The position numbers and the translations under genes are program-made. From the human T2T-CHM13v2.0 reference genome, Homo sapiens: a stretch of 64,000 nt of DNA. Under the pieces are notes generated by a model. The model worked only from the letters and a program-made list of their open reading frames with translations, was not told the DNA's origin and did not search any database. The stretch is from NCBI RefSeq assembly GCF_009914755.1, contig NC_060932.1; one strand, written 5' to 3'. Shown piece after piece: positions 13,826-25,374 of the stretch; position 1 is the first letter of the stretch; each line of letters opens with the position of its first letter.

Positions 13826-14630
13826 CTGAGCCCGACTTCCACGTTCACACGGCACTGTCGCCACCGCACACACGGCTCCTGAGCCCAACCCCCGCGTGCA
13901 CACGGCACTGTTCACCTCACATGGCTCCTGAGTCTGACCCCTGCGCTGCACATGGCACTGTTCACCACACAGAGCTCCTGAGTCTGACCCCGCACTGCAC
14001 ACGGCAGTGTTCATCACACACGCGGCTCCAGAGCCCGACCCCCGCATGCACACGGCGCTGTTCACCTCACAGGGCTCCTGAGTCTGACCCCTGCGCTGCA
14101 CACGGCACTGTTCACCACACAGGGCTCCTGAGTCTGACCCCGCACTGCACACGGCACTGTTCACCTCACAGGGCTCCTGAGCCCAACCCCCGCGTGCACA
14201 CGGCACTGTTCACCACACAGGGCTCCTGAGTCTGACCCCTGCGCTGCACACGGCACTGTTCACCACACAGGGCTCCTGAGCCCAACCCCCGCGTGCACAC
14301 GGCACTGTTCACCTCACACGGCTCCTGAGTCTGACCCCGCACTGCACACGGCACTGTTCACCACACAGGGCTCCTGAGTCTGACCCCGCACTGCACACGG
14401 CACTGTTCACCTCACACGGCTCCTGAGCCCAACCCCCGCGTGCACACGGCACTGTTCACCTCACACGGCTCCTGAGTCTGACCCCTGCGCTGCACACGGC
14501 ACTGTTCACCACACAGGGCTCCTGAGTCTGACCCCTGCGCTGTACACGGCACTGTTCATCACACACGCGGCTCCAGAGCCCGACCCCCGCATGCACACAG
14601 CGCTGTTCACCACCGCATGTGGCTCCTGAG
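13826..14630 (+). repeat. Minisatellite, ~49-50-bp unit, ~16 copies, 4 interspersed unit variants
   Basis: gctcctgagtctgacccctgcgctgcacacggcactgttcaccacacagg and variants. Confidence 0.95.
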
Positions 14631-16467
14631 CCTGAGGAGGAGCGTGGTGGCAAGGACAGCTACCATGAGTCTGCAAGCAGCCAGGTACCCTTCTCCTGGG
14701 CTGGAGCCAGTGTAGAGGACGGGGACTCTCAGCTCTGCCGTGACCCCCGTGGTCTCCCAAGGACAAGCGCCATTCTTGAGGGACGATCACAGCTTCTCGC
14801 CAGACTCCCTGATGAGGTCAGTCACGCGCTGAGACCAGAGCAGGGGCATCATCCTCGTTTCTTGCACAGTAAACGCAGCTGTAACATCTGGACCAGTGGA
14901 GCCAGTTGTGGGAATCCATAGGAATTTGAGTTTCAGCGATTGTTCCAGGCAGCGTTTTCCCAGGAAGTGTTTACCAGTTGTCCACGTTGGGGTATGAATG
15001 AGTGAAGCTTCATGAATGTAACTTTGAACACTTGATCAGAAAGAGAAAACGGATGACATGTTTCTGATAAATCATGACTAAGATGATTTTTTAAAATATC
15101 ATTTAAAAAGATAAGTATCGAGGAAGCTTCCATTTCAAACCAACTCCGCAGGAAAGTTTTAGGGTGAATCAAACATCTTTTTCTGTAGTTGAGTTAGTAA
15201 CTCTAAATATATCCATTTGGTCTTTGAGAATGCTTTCATATCTTTTTTTTAAAAGTTTTTAATTTTCAAACTTTTTAAAAAATGACAATGGATGAATAAG
15301 TATTTTTGGTAATGATTAGTTTATGCTATGCACACTGCTTTGTAACCTTCTTTTTCCCTCTAACAAAATGTGATGTGATGGGTGTTATCTTTTATCCTCT
15401 TTCACGGTTTTTGCTACTGGTGGAGTCTTTTACATCTGGGTTTATTCAAACACATAGAAGCAAATGGACTGAGAGTGAGCATCTGCCTCTCCTCACATTT
15501 CCTACGCTAGAAATGACTGTTGTTAGGATGGTCAACCTTCTTCCAGCTTTATTTCCACGCCTGTAAAATAAATGTGTCTGTATGTAAAATATACTTCTTT
15601 TTCTCACAAATTGATCCTGAGCTTATTTTGTGCTTCACTGTGCCTTTTGTCACTTGACATACATCAGATAAATCTACTGGCCATTGATGTGTCTCTTGCA
15701 TTTGAGTGGCTGCGTGACATTGCAAATATGGATGCTCCATCACATGTGTCATGTGGACATTTGGGTTACTTTTCTTTTAAATGAATGCTGAAATAAACTT
15801 CTTTGTGTATTTACCTTTCTTGATTATACAGATGTCTTTCCAGCACAGGCTCCTTGGAGAGGTGGCTGGGCCATCGCTGACATTCGTGCTTTCACTGCCC
15901 GTGTCATGTGCTCATACACTGTACACGTTTAAACAGTTCCTTACTGATGGACAGTGAGATTCTTTCCCCATGTTAGTTTTTCCTAAAGTTTGTTCTAGTT
16001 TGAAGAAAATGGGAATGAGCCCAGCTTAAGCGCATATCCCTTTCGAACATGAAGGTTCAGATAAGGCATGAACTTGAGAATTCTGTGCCGCTTAGGCTTT
16101 GGGTGCCTGTGGTTTTGAGAGTGAGTAGATTATTCTTACTCATTTGATTCTAAGAAAAAGTAGCTGTTGCTGAGGCTTAAGATGCCCTTAATTGTTTGGA
16201 TGCCTTCATGAATTTCAGATTTATTCGTGTTCAATAGTTGTATGGAAAGATAAGGATGTGAAACCTAGAATTCAATTCAGAGCAAGAGGAAAAGTTCAAA
16301 ATTTTGACATGCATGGCTATTTCAACATTTCAATGCACAATTTGACTTAAATTGTGGATTTTTTTCTTGGATGGGTTGTGGATTTCTGAGAAATGTACAA
16401 ATACCTATGTACATTTATTGCTGAAAGAGGTTTGTTTTACTACTGTATAAAATCTTAAAGGATCCCA

Positions 16468-16532
16468 AAAGTGGTGTTCAACAAAGAGGTGTATATATAT
16501 ATATATGTATATACACCTCTTTGTTGAACACC

Positions 16533-16594
<62 letters not shown>
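16468..16594. repeat. 70-bp near-perfect palindrome followed by (TA)29 microsatellite
   Basis: 30-bp arms 16468-16497 and 16508-16537 are exact reverse complements; TA run 16537-16594. Confidence 0.95.
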
Positions 16595-16598
<4 letters not shown>

Positions 16599-17469
16599 CT
16601 TTAAACTCCCTAGAACTGAAAGTATAACAAACAGGTGTTTTCTTCATGATGACTATGATGTTGTTTTTCTTTACGTCAGTATCTTCACTGTATTTAGTCT
16701 GTAGCTTCTCTCCTGATACACAAATGCACTCACACACGTGCTCATTTGCCCTCATGCTGACACAGATGCACACACATTGTTATTCACCTGTCTTCCCAAT
16801 TTTTCTTTCCTTTTGTGTTCCCTCAGTTTTGAATTTTAATTTGGTGACTTCAGGCAGAGTCTGATTTGTGACTTCTGTTTATGTTGTAACTTGGGAATAT
16901 CTGACTTTTACTGAATACAAGCCACATGTGGGCAGTAAAAGGAAGATGATTATGACAGCTATGCCCGTGGGGCCCCTGCCCCCAACCCCCCAGCTGGTGC
17001 TTTGCTGATTCCTTTCAGCTACCGACCCACCTAATTCTCTGAGAACCTTTCATGGTCAGATGGTCAGTAGGAATGGGAAGCATGGCCCCTGTGAGCTGAA
17101 GTGACTTATGGGGGCTCCATCAGTGTGGAGGTGTTCACAGGAAGTCCACAGGGAGGAACTCCAGAGCCTGTGCCTCCTGCTCCCTGCCCACATTCCTCCA
17201 GGTCCTTGCATTCACTCGTGCACTTCTACTAGAAGACGGGGCTCCCTGGGATCCCTGTGGGGCTCCTGTTCCATACTAGCCTCCCCTGGTGGCGGCCAAG
17301 CCCCAAGCCAGCGCCATGAGTGCATCCTCAGTTGGGAGGGCTGGGCAGACTTGACCACCTTTATTTCCACTCTGTTTAAGTTTTTGTAACATACAGGGAC
17401 GAAAGAAAGAAAGCCCTTATACATGCACTGGGCAGCACCTGTGTCGGCGAGTGACAGGCTTTCAGCAGC

Positions 17470-17710
17470 ATGGTATGTCCTCACCTCACGTCTTCAGTAG
17501 GGTTCCTGGAAGCTGCGACTCCACGTATAATGAGTCGCAGTGGATCCACGTATAATGGATCCACGTATAATGAAACCGATGTTTTTTCCTCATCCACCTT
17601 GTAAGGAATCAAAGTTGAACTAAAAGACATTACGGTGGGATTTGCTGTAAGTTGTTTCACCTAAAGTCACAGTTCCCGCGAACCAATCAAGGACATTGAG
17701 GACTTGCTGC
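17470..17710. mobile_element. MER82-like Tigger MITE fragment
   Basis: gtcctcacctcacgtc...ggttcctggaagctgcgact ... aaagtcacagttcccgcgaacc...tgaggacttgctg (degenerate TIRs). Confidence 0.65.
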
Positions 17711-17715
17711 ATAGT

Positions 17716-18155
17716 GTGTGGGTTCATCTGTGGCTCAGCTCGTGTGGGCCATGGGGTTCCCAGGCATCAGTCAGATGTTCTTCTGGGGATGCCTGGAGGC
17801 ATTTCTGGATGAGAGTCTCATGATAATTTTTTGCCTCAGTGAAGCAGACCTCTCCCCAGGGGGGATGGGCTCACGCAATCCCCTCAAAGACCTGACTAGA
17901 ATGAAGGACACCTTCCACCAAGTCTGAGAGAATTCCTGCTTCATGGCCTCCGATGTCAGCTCTTCCTGGGTCTCCAGCCTGCAGGCTTCAGACTGGAACT
18001 TCACAGTTGGCTCCCTGGGCCTCCCGCTGGCCGACACACTCTGCAGATCTTGGGACTCGTCACCCTCCATGCGCGAGTGAGCCAATCCCTTGAAATCTCC
18101 TTCTCTCTACACGTGCACAGCCTATTAGTTTCTCTGGAGACTCCTGACGAATACA
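17716..18155 (+). mobile_element. MLT2-type ERVL solo LTR
   Basis: TG...CA ends; gtgggccatggggttcccagg, tttctggatgag, tcctgggtctccagcctgc, gtgagccaatcccttgaaat, gtttctctggagactcctgacgaataca. Confidence 0.8.
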
Positions 18156-18187
18156 CAAACCAGTGCAGGTTTGTAGCCCAGCAAACC

Positions 18188-19164
18188 CAGTGTGCTGGAG
18201 CAGCTCGTACTGGCTTGCAAGAACCAACTGTTAAGTTTTTAGGAATCTTGTGTGCCAGTTAGAAAAAAAAAAAAAGATATAAACTTAAATAATTATATTA
18301 CCAACAAAGATAATACATATTCAAAACCTGTTGTGTCCTAGGTACTTTGTGGGTGCTCTAAAAGTTCCTTATTTCTCTCTTGTCTGCAGGGAGGTGCAGT
18401 TCATGCTATGCTGCTGCAAACCTCCCCTCAGCTCCCTGTTCAGTGATGTCATAAGGGTGGCTTGGAGGGAGCCTGGTGGGAGAATTTACACAGTGGGAAT
18501 CAGCAGATATTTTGCATCAGACTCTGATTTATTGTTTTGGTGATCGTGTAGACTTAAAGTGATGGGGAATATGTTATTAGTACAGATTAAACCTAGAAGT
18601 GTATTACATCTGTGGCCATTATATTGTCAATAGCATAAACATTTGAGGTTATGTTCTTTTAATATTCAAAACTATTATCTGATTCAGCAAAAAATTGTTC
18701 ACACCATTGACAAATGAGTGAAATTCTGACATGGTTCAGCAAAAAATTGTTCACACCATTGACAAATGAGTGAAATTCTGACATATATCTTCATTTTTTT
18801 CATTTTTATCCTGCTCATTAACCTAAAGAAAAATGTCCACCGGCATTCATTTTGGAGCTGCAGTCATTTGTCAATGACACCAGCAGCTTCTTTGCTGAGT
18901 CAGATAGTGATCAAGCTTTTCTTCATCATCTTATTTGGTGACAATATTGTTACTGATAGAGTTATAAAAATTGATGGTGGGTTTGCAAGAAATACCAAGT
19001 CACAAAGAAATTATAGGTGTGTTGACTTTATAGTAAGGATGTTATATATTTTATTTTTAAAAAATTGTGTGCAACTCATTTTTTACATAGCAAACCTACA
19101 AAGACACATATACACATTTTTCTCCAGAGAGGTGGCTGATCAACGTTTATCAGCCCACCACTGC
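18188..19164 (+). mobile_element. MER63-like hAT-Blackjack DNA transposon
   Basis: cagtgtgctggagcagctcgtactggcttgcaagaacc ... cgtttatcagcccaccactg. Confidence 0.75.
18683..18784 (+). repeat. Tandem duplication, 2 x 50 bp separated by 'gg'
   Basis: ttcagcaaaaaattgttcacaccattgacaaatgagtgaaattctgacat at 18683 and 18735. Confidence 0.93.
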
Positions 19165-19849
19165 TTAAGGACAAATGGCAGAATTCTTATCATGACTTTC
19201 CCTTGCCATCTGTACTTGGATACATTTCTTCTGTAATAGGAATAGAACAGGCCTGTTTTTTGGACTAATGTAAACATGAGGGATTAGATTTTGTAAGAAT
19301 ACTTATTTTGAGAATAACACTGTATTGTTTGTTTTTACAAACCAAGGCTTTTTTCTTCTAAACTGTCTGAGAAATGGGAACATGTGTGTTCTGTGTCCTT
19401 AGAGACATGTAATTATTTTAACAAATGGCTCTTAAAATTTAGTGTAGGAAAAAATGCCTTAATCAACTAAATGGGTGATAGAGACTTGAGCTGCACAAAG
19501 CTTCTAGTATATTCTATGACCTTGATTTTAGCCTTAATAACACACCAAAGAGATGCAATGAAATTTCCATTGTCAGACCCCAGACTATCTTAACCTTGTT
19601 AACGATTATATACTTCTAAGAAAATGTAAAATTTCAATGTTTAAGTAATGTGCATTATTTTCTGCTAGAATGCAAGTGAAGAAAATAAATTTTACCTCCA
19701 TGTTTAACCGTAAACCTTAGAGTCTGCCCATCAGTAGTGTGGCTCTCCTGTTCAGATCAGGATCTTAAATGGTAACTTGAAAACCTGGGAGTATGAATGA
19801 AAATTCAGGACTTATTTAGATAATTGGACTTTATCAAAATGAGTAATTT

Positions 19850-20004
19850 TTGTGGTTTCGAGGACACCATCCGGAAACTGAACAGCCAACGTAGAGGATG
19901 GGAGAAAGTATTTTCATATCAAATACCTGTATGTATCCAGAATTCATAAAGAACTCTTGTAACTTAACAATAAAATGACTAATAACCCAACTGAAAAGTG
20001 GACA
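19850..20004 (+). mobile_element. L1M late-ORF2 fragment
   Basis: gatgggagaaagtattt...gtatccagaattcataaagaactctt...aataacccaactgaaaagtggaca. Confidence 0.7.
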
Positions 20005-21324
20005 GAGGGTTTCTGCTCTGACACATAAGGGCATTGGAAGTCACCACTGTTATCCTCCTCACAAGAGAAGTGCTGAACTCGCTGAAAATTGACAACTTTT
20101 CTTAGATCCCTGGGTAAATTGAGGTCACAGGGCACGTGTTCCTCCCCAAAATTGGAGCAACCAGCAGATGGATGCAGGAATCACAGCTTGTTACCACCAC
20201 TGGGAGAAGCAGCCCCAGCTGGAGTCAGCACCCACTGGGAGCACTGAAACCACATTGTCAAAGTGCTGGATTCTAAGCATGGACTTGCTTGAGAGAGAAG
20301 ACTCTGGAGAGCCCATTCTACTTGTGTGAGTTTTATTTCTAGGAGCCACACCAGGTTGCTCAGGTGAAGATCATAGAAAAATACCCGCATACTTCTGCCA
20401 GGAATAGGGAAAAGTCATCATCATGGAGTACTCTCAGAGGATTGTATTCTGAGCAAGGCCTGCCCTCAATAGAAATCTGTTTTTCAAGCCTCACAGACTT
20501 GGGTTTTCTGGGATCCTAAGCAATGAGAGTGAAGGGGAATTCTCAATTCCAGCCCCATTGTCTTCCTTCCTTACACAGGGGGAAGAAAGCTAAGAAGCAC
20601 TTGTGATGGTTGCAGCCCAGGGGTACAGGCTTATTATAGAACTGAGACCCAATCATAGCATTGTTCGGTGGCTCTTTTCCTTCAACACCTTTCCACCACA
20701 TCAGTAGGGCTCCTGTATAATAACATGGAACTAGAGCTGAAAGGGGTCATTGCTAGATTCAGGTCCTATTTAAGAAGTCATCTTGGGGAAACCAAAAGTT
20801 GTAACAGGAGAGACAAAAACAAGGACAACACAGGACATTTTAACCTCTTAAACCTACATCTATAGCAGACATAAACACAGCCTGACTCCTAGATGGACAG
20901 ACATAAATCTCACCCTAAAGTTTCATTTATCTTAGTGCACTTTTACCTGCTTCACTATATCCATCATGCAACGAAAAACCTACAAGGCATGCGGAAAGGA
21001 AGAAATGAAAGATAATCTGAAGACACAAAGCAAGCACCAAAATAAGACCTAGATATAGCAGAGACTGAAATTATCAACAGATAGTGCTAAGGGTTCTAAT
21101 GGAAAAAAAGTGGACACTGACAAGAACAGATGAGTGATATAAGCAAAGAGATGGAAACTCTAAGAAAATCAAAGATAAAAAACATAGCTGGGCATAAAAA
21201 ACACTGTGACAGAAATGACAAATGCTTTTGATGGTCTAATCATTAGACTGGGCATAGGCCAGGTAAAAATCAGTGAGCTTAAGGAACTTCCAAACTGAAA
21301 AGCAAAGGTAGAAAATATTTTTTT

Positions 21325-22394
21325 TTGTATTTTTTTCTTTTTTTTTTTCTTATTTATTTATTTATTTATTTATTTATCATTCTTGTGTGTTTCTCGCAGA
21401 GGGGGATTTGGCAGGGTCATAGGACAATAGTGGAGGAAAGATCAGCAGATAAACAAGTGAACAAAGATCTCTGGTTTTCCTAGGCAGAGGACCCTGCGGC
21501 CTTCCGCGGTGTTTGTGTCCCTGGGTACTTGAGATTAGGGAGTGGTGATGACTCTTAACGAGCATGCTGCCTTCAAGCATCTGTTTAACAAAGCACATCT
21601 TGCACCGCCCTTAATCCATTTAACCCTGAGTGGACACAGCAGATGTTTCAGAGACCACCGTGTTGGGGGTAAGGTCATAGATAACAGCATTCCAAGGCAG
21701 AAGAATTTTTCTTAGTACAGAACAAAATGGAGTCCCCTATGTCTACTTCTTTCTACACAGACACAGCATCAATCTGATTTCTCTATCTTTTCACCACATT
21801 TCCCCCTTTTCTATTCGACAAAACCGCCATCGTCATCATGGCCCGTTCTCAATGAGCTGTTGGGTACACCTCCCAGACGGGGTGGCGGCAGGGCAGAGGG
21901 GCTCCTCACTTCCCAGAAGGGGCGGCTGGGCAGAGGCGACCCCCACCTCCCTCCCAGACGGGGCGGCTGGCCGGGCGGGGGCTGTCCCCCCACCTCCCTC
22001 CCGGACGGGGCAGCTGGCCAGGCGGGGGCTGTCCCCCCACCTCCCAGACAGGGCGGCTGCCGGGCGGAGACGCTCCTCACTTCCCAGACGGGGTGGCTGC
22101 CGGGCGGAGGGGCTCCTCACTTCTCAGACGGGGCGGCCGGGCAGAGACGCTCCTCACCTCCCAGACGGGGTCACGGCCGGGCAGAGGCGCTCCTCACATC
22201 CCAGACGGGGTGGTGGGGCAGGAGGCGCACCCCACATCTCAGACGTTGGGCGGCCGGGCAGAGATGCTCCTCACTTCTTTCCAGATGGGGTGGCAGCTGG
22301 GCAGAGGCTGCAGTCTCGGCACTTTGGGAGGCCAAGGCAGGCGGCTGGGAGGTGGAGGTTGTAGTGAGCCGAGATCACGCCACTGCACTCCAGC
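21325..22394 (-). mobile_element. SVA retrotransposon, older SVA_B/C-like: poly(A), SINE-R, short GC-rich VNTR and only the 3' remnant of the Alu-like domain; no CCCTCT hexamer
   Basis: T-rich tail 21325-21377; SINE-R (gcagagggggatttggcagggtcataggacaatagtggagg...) ~21378-21870; VNTR units (ctcctcacttcccagacgggg) ~21870-22290; Alu-like remnant ending gagatcacgccactgcactccagc at 22394. SINE-R variants (aacaaaatggagtc, aatctgatttctctatc) look older than SVA_D-F. Confidence 0.95.
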
Positions 22395-22710
22395 CTCTGC
22401 TTTTTCTCAGTTCCAGCTCCTTTCTCTTTCACGGTACCTCAGTTGCTTCTACTTTATCGGATAGTGTTGGAGATCATGGAGGGAAGGCAAATATACGCGC
22501 GGCTGAGCGGAGGCGAATCCGGAGCGCGAATCCGGGGCTCGGGCCCGTGGCCCCGCGGCGGTCCGGGAGGTCGGGGCGGGCGGTGGCGGCTGCGACCACG
22601 GGGCCAGGCCTCTTCCCCTCCTCCGCCACCGCCGCCACCGCCACCGCCGCCACCCCGGCTGGAGAGCGCTGGGCGCAAGCTGCGCGCGCAGACCGGGCCA
22701 CTCGGTCGCC
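22395..22710 (-). other. Captured (5'-spliced/transduced) CpG-rich first-exon/5'UTR-like sequence fused to the SVA
   Basis: Non-SVA, non-L1 sequence lying inside the TSD (agaaaatattttttt 21310-21324 / agaaaagattttttt 22711-22725). The minus-strand junction ...AAAAAGCAGAG|GCTGGAGTGCAGTGG falls where SVA has CCCAG|GCTGGAG. About 35 CpGs in 22495-22710; (GGC/GGT)n run. Confidence 0.85.
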
Positions 22711-25066
22711 AGAAAAGATTTTTTTAAAAATGGAACAGAATATTGAAGAACTGTAGGAGAAATACAAAAGAAGTAACATATGTGGAATGGTAATACCAGA
22801 AAGAGAAGAAAGAAAGAAAAGAAAAGAAGAAATATTTGTAGTAAAAGTTGATGAGAATTTTTCGGAACTAATGGTAAGACACCAAACCATATCCAGGAAG
22901 CTAAAAGAACCAGCAAGATATATATTAAAAATCCACAACTAAGCATTTCATATTCAAACTATAGAAAATCAAAGATGAAAATGAAATCTTGAAAGAAGCT
23001 ACAGAAATAAAATGGCTCACGTACAGAGGGGTAAGGATAAGAATTACTTAAGTCTACTCTTTGTAAACCATGCAAGCAGGAAAAAAGTTGATTCAAATAT
23101 TTAAAGTGTTGAAAGAAATAAGTAAAACACCAACCCAGAATTCTGTCTATAGATGACTTCATCCAAAACAGCAGAAACACATTCCTCTCAAGCTTATATG
23201 GAATATTCATCAAGATAGAATATATTCTGGGCTATAAAACACACCTTAAAAATTTAAAAGACTAGAAGTAACACAAAGTCTGCTCTTAGACCATAGTGGA
23301 ATTAAACTAGAAATTAGTAACAGAAAGATAGCCAGAAGTTTCCAAAATATATAGATACTAAACAACATACTTCTAAATAACACATTCGTCAAAGAAGAAG
23401 TCTCAAGATAAATTTTAAAATATTTCAAACTAAGTAAAAATGAAAATTCAACTTATCAAAATTTTTGAGATACCAAAAAGGCCAGATTAAAAGGAAATGT
23501 ATTTACCATTGAATACATATTTAGAAATGGAGTAAGATCCAAAATCAATCATCTAAACTTCTTCTTTAAAAAACTAGAGAAGAGCAAATTAAATCCAAAA
23601 TAAGCAGAAGAAAAGAAATACTATGAATGAGAAAAGAAATCAATGAAACTGAAAATAAGATATTGGTATAGAAACTTAAGCCAAGAGCTTGTTCTTTGAA
23701 AAGATCAAAACACTTGACGAACCTCTGACCAGGCTAATGAAGAAAAAAGGGAGAGAAGATCCAAATTACCGAAATCAGAAATGAAAGAAGGGCCATCAGT
23801 CCTGATTCCAGGAACATTAAAAAGATAATAAAAGAATACTATGAATAACTCTGTGTCCAAGAATTTGATAACCTGCATGAAATGGACAAGTTGTTTGAAA
23901 AACAAACCTGTCAAAACTCACACAAGAAGGAATAGACAATCTGAACAGGCCTATATCTATTAAAGAAATTTAACAAATAACTAATAACTTTCCAAAACAG
24001 TAAGCACCAAGCCCGCATGGGTTCATTGGTGAATTCTATCAAATATTTAAGGAAGATAATTATTTCAGTACTCCACAACCTATTCCAGAAGACAGAAATA
24101 GAGGGAATAAATGCTAAATAATTCTATAAAATTATTTAGCATTCCCCTCAAATCAAAACCAGAAAAAGACATTTAAAGAAAGGATCACTGCAGACCAGTA
24201 TTTCTCATAAACATAGATGTGGAGATCCTCAGCAAAGTATGAGGGAATCAAATCTAACAACGTATAAAAATAATTTTACACCATGACCAAGCTGGATTTA
24301 TCCAGGTATGCAAGGCTGGCTCAACATCTGAAAATTGTAATCATTCACAGGCTAAGGAAGAAAAAATTACATCATGTCTATAGTACAGCAAAAGCATTTG
24401 CCAAAACCCAGCACCCATTCATAATAAAACTCTCTACAAAATAAGAATACAGGGGGAACTTCGTCAACTTGATAAGGAATATTTACAAAAAACCCTGTAG
24501 CTAAACTCATACTTCATGGTGAGAAACTGGACAATTTCCCCTCATATCAGAAGCAAAACACTCTTACCATGTTGGAAGTTTGAGGAAATGCAATGAGACA
24601 GGAAAAGGAAATAAAAGCTGTACAGACCAAGACGGGAGAAATAAACCTATTTCACAGATGACATTGTTGTCTGTGGAAAAAATCCAAAGAATCAACAAAA
24701 ATTACCCTGAAACCAATAAACAATTATAGCAAGGTTGCAAGATACAAGGTTATTATACAGAAGTCAGTTATTTTCCTATACACCAGCAATAAAAAATTGG
24801 AATTCGAAATGGAAGACACAAGATAAAATTAACACCAAAAATAAAGAAATACTTAGGTATAAATCCAAGAAAGCATGCATAAGATCTGTATGAAGAAAGC
24901 TACAAAACTCTTATAAAAGACATAACATTTTCACGATAATAAGTACAAAGTTGGAGGGATGACTTCGAGACTTATTAGAAAGGTACTGTAATGAAGACAG
25001 TGTTGTATTGGTCAAAAAATCGGCCAATAGAACACAATGGAAAGCCCAGAAAATAGACTCAGTGCA

Positions 25067-25374
<308 letters not shown>

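Noticed and set aside
22395-22710. Assignment as SVA_F1 (MAST2) or naming of the donor gene
   Set aside because: SINE-R looks older than SVA_F and I cannot recognise the captured sequence; needs a database search.
21852-22946. 298-aa and other ORFs over the SVA and GC-rich segment
   Set aside because: GC-rich SVA VNTR and captured leader; non-ATG starts, frames cross element boundaries.
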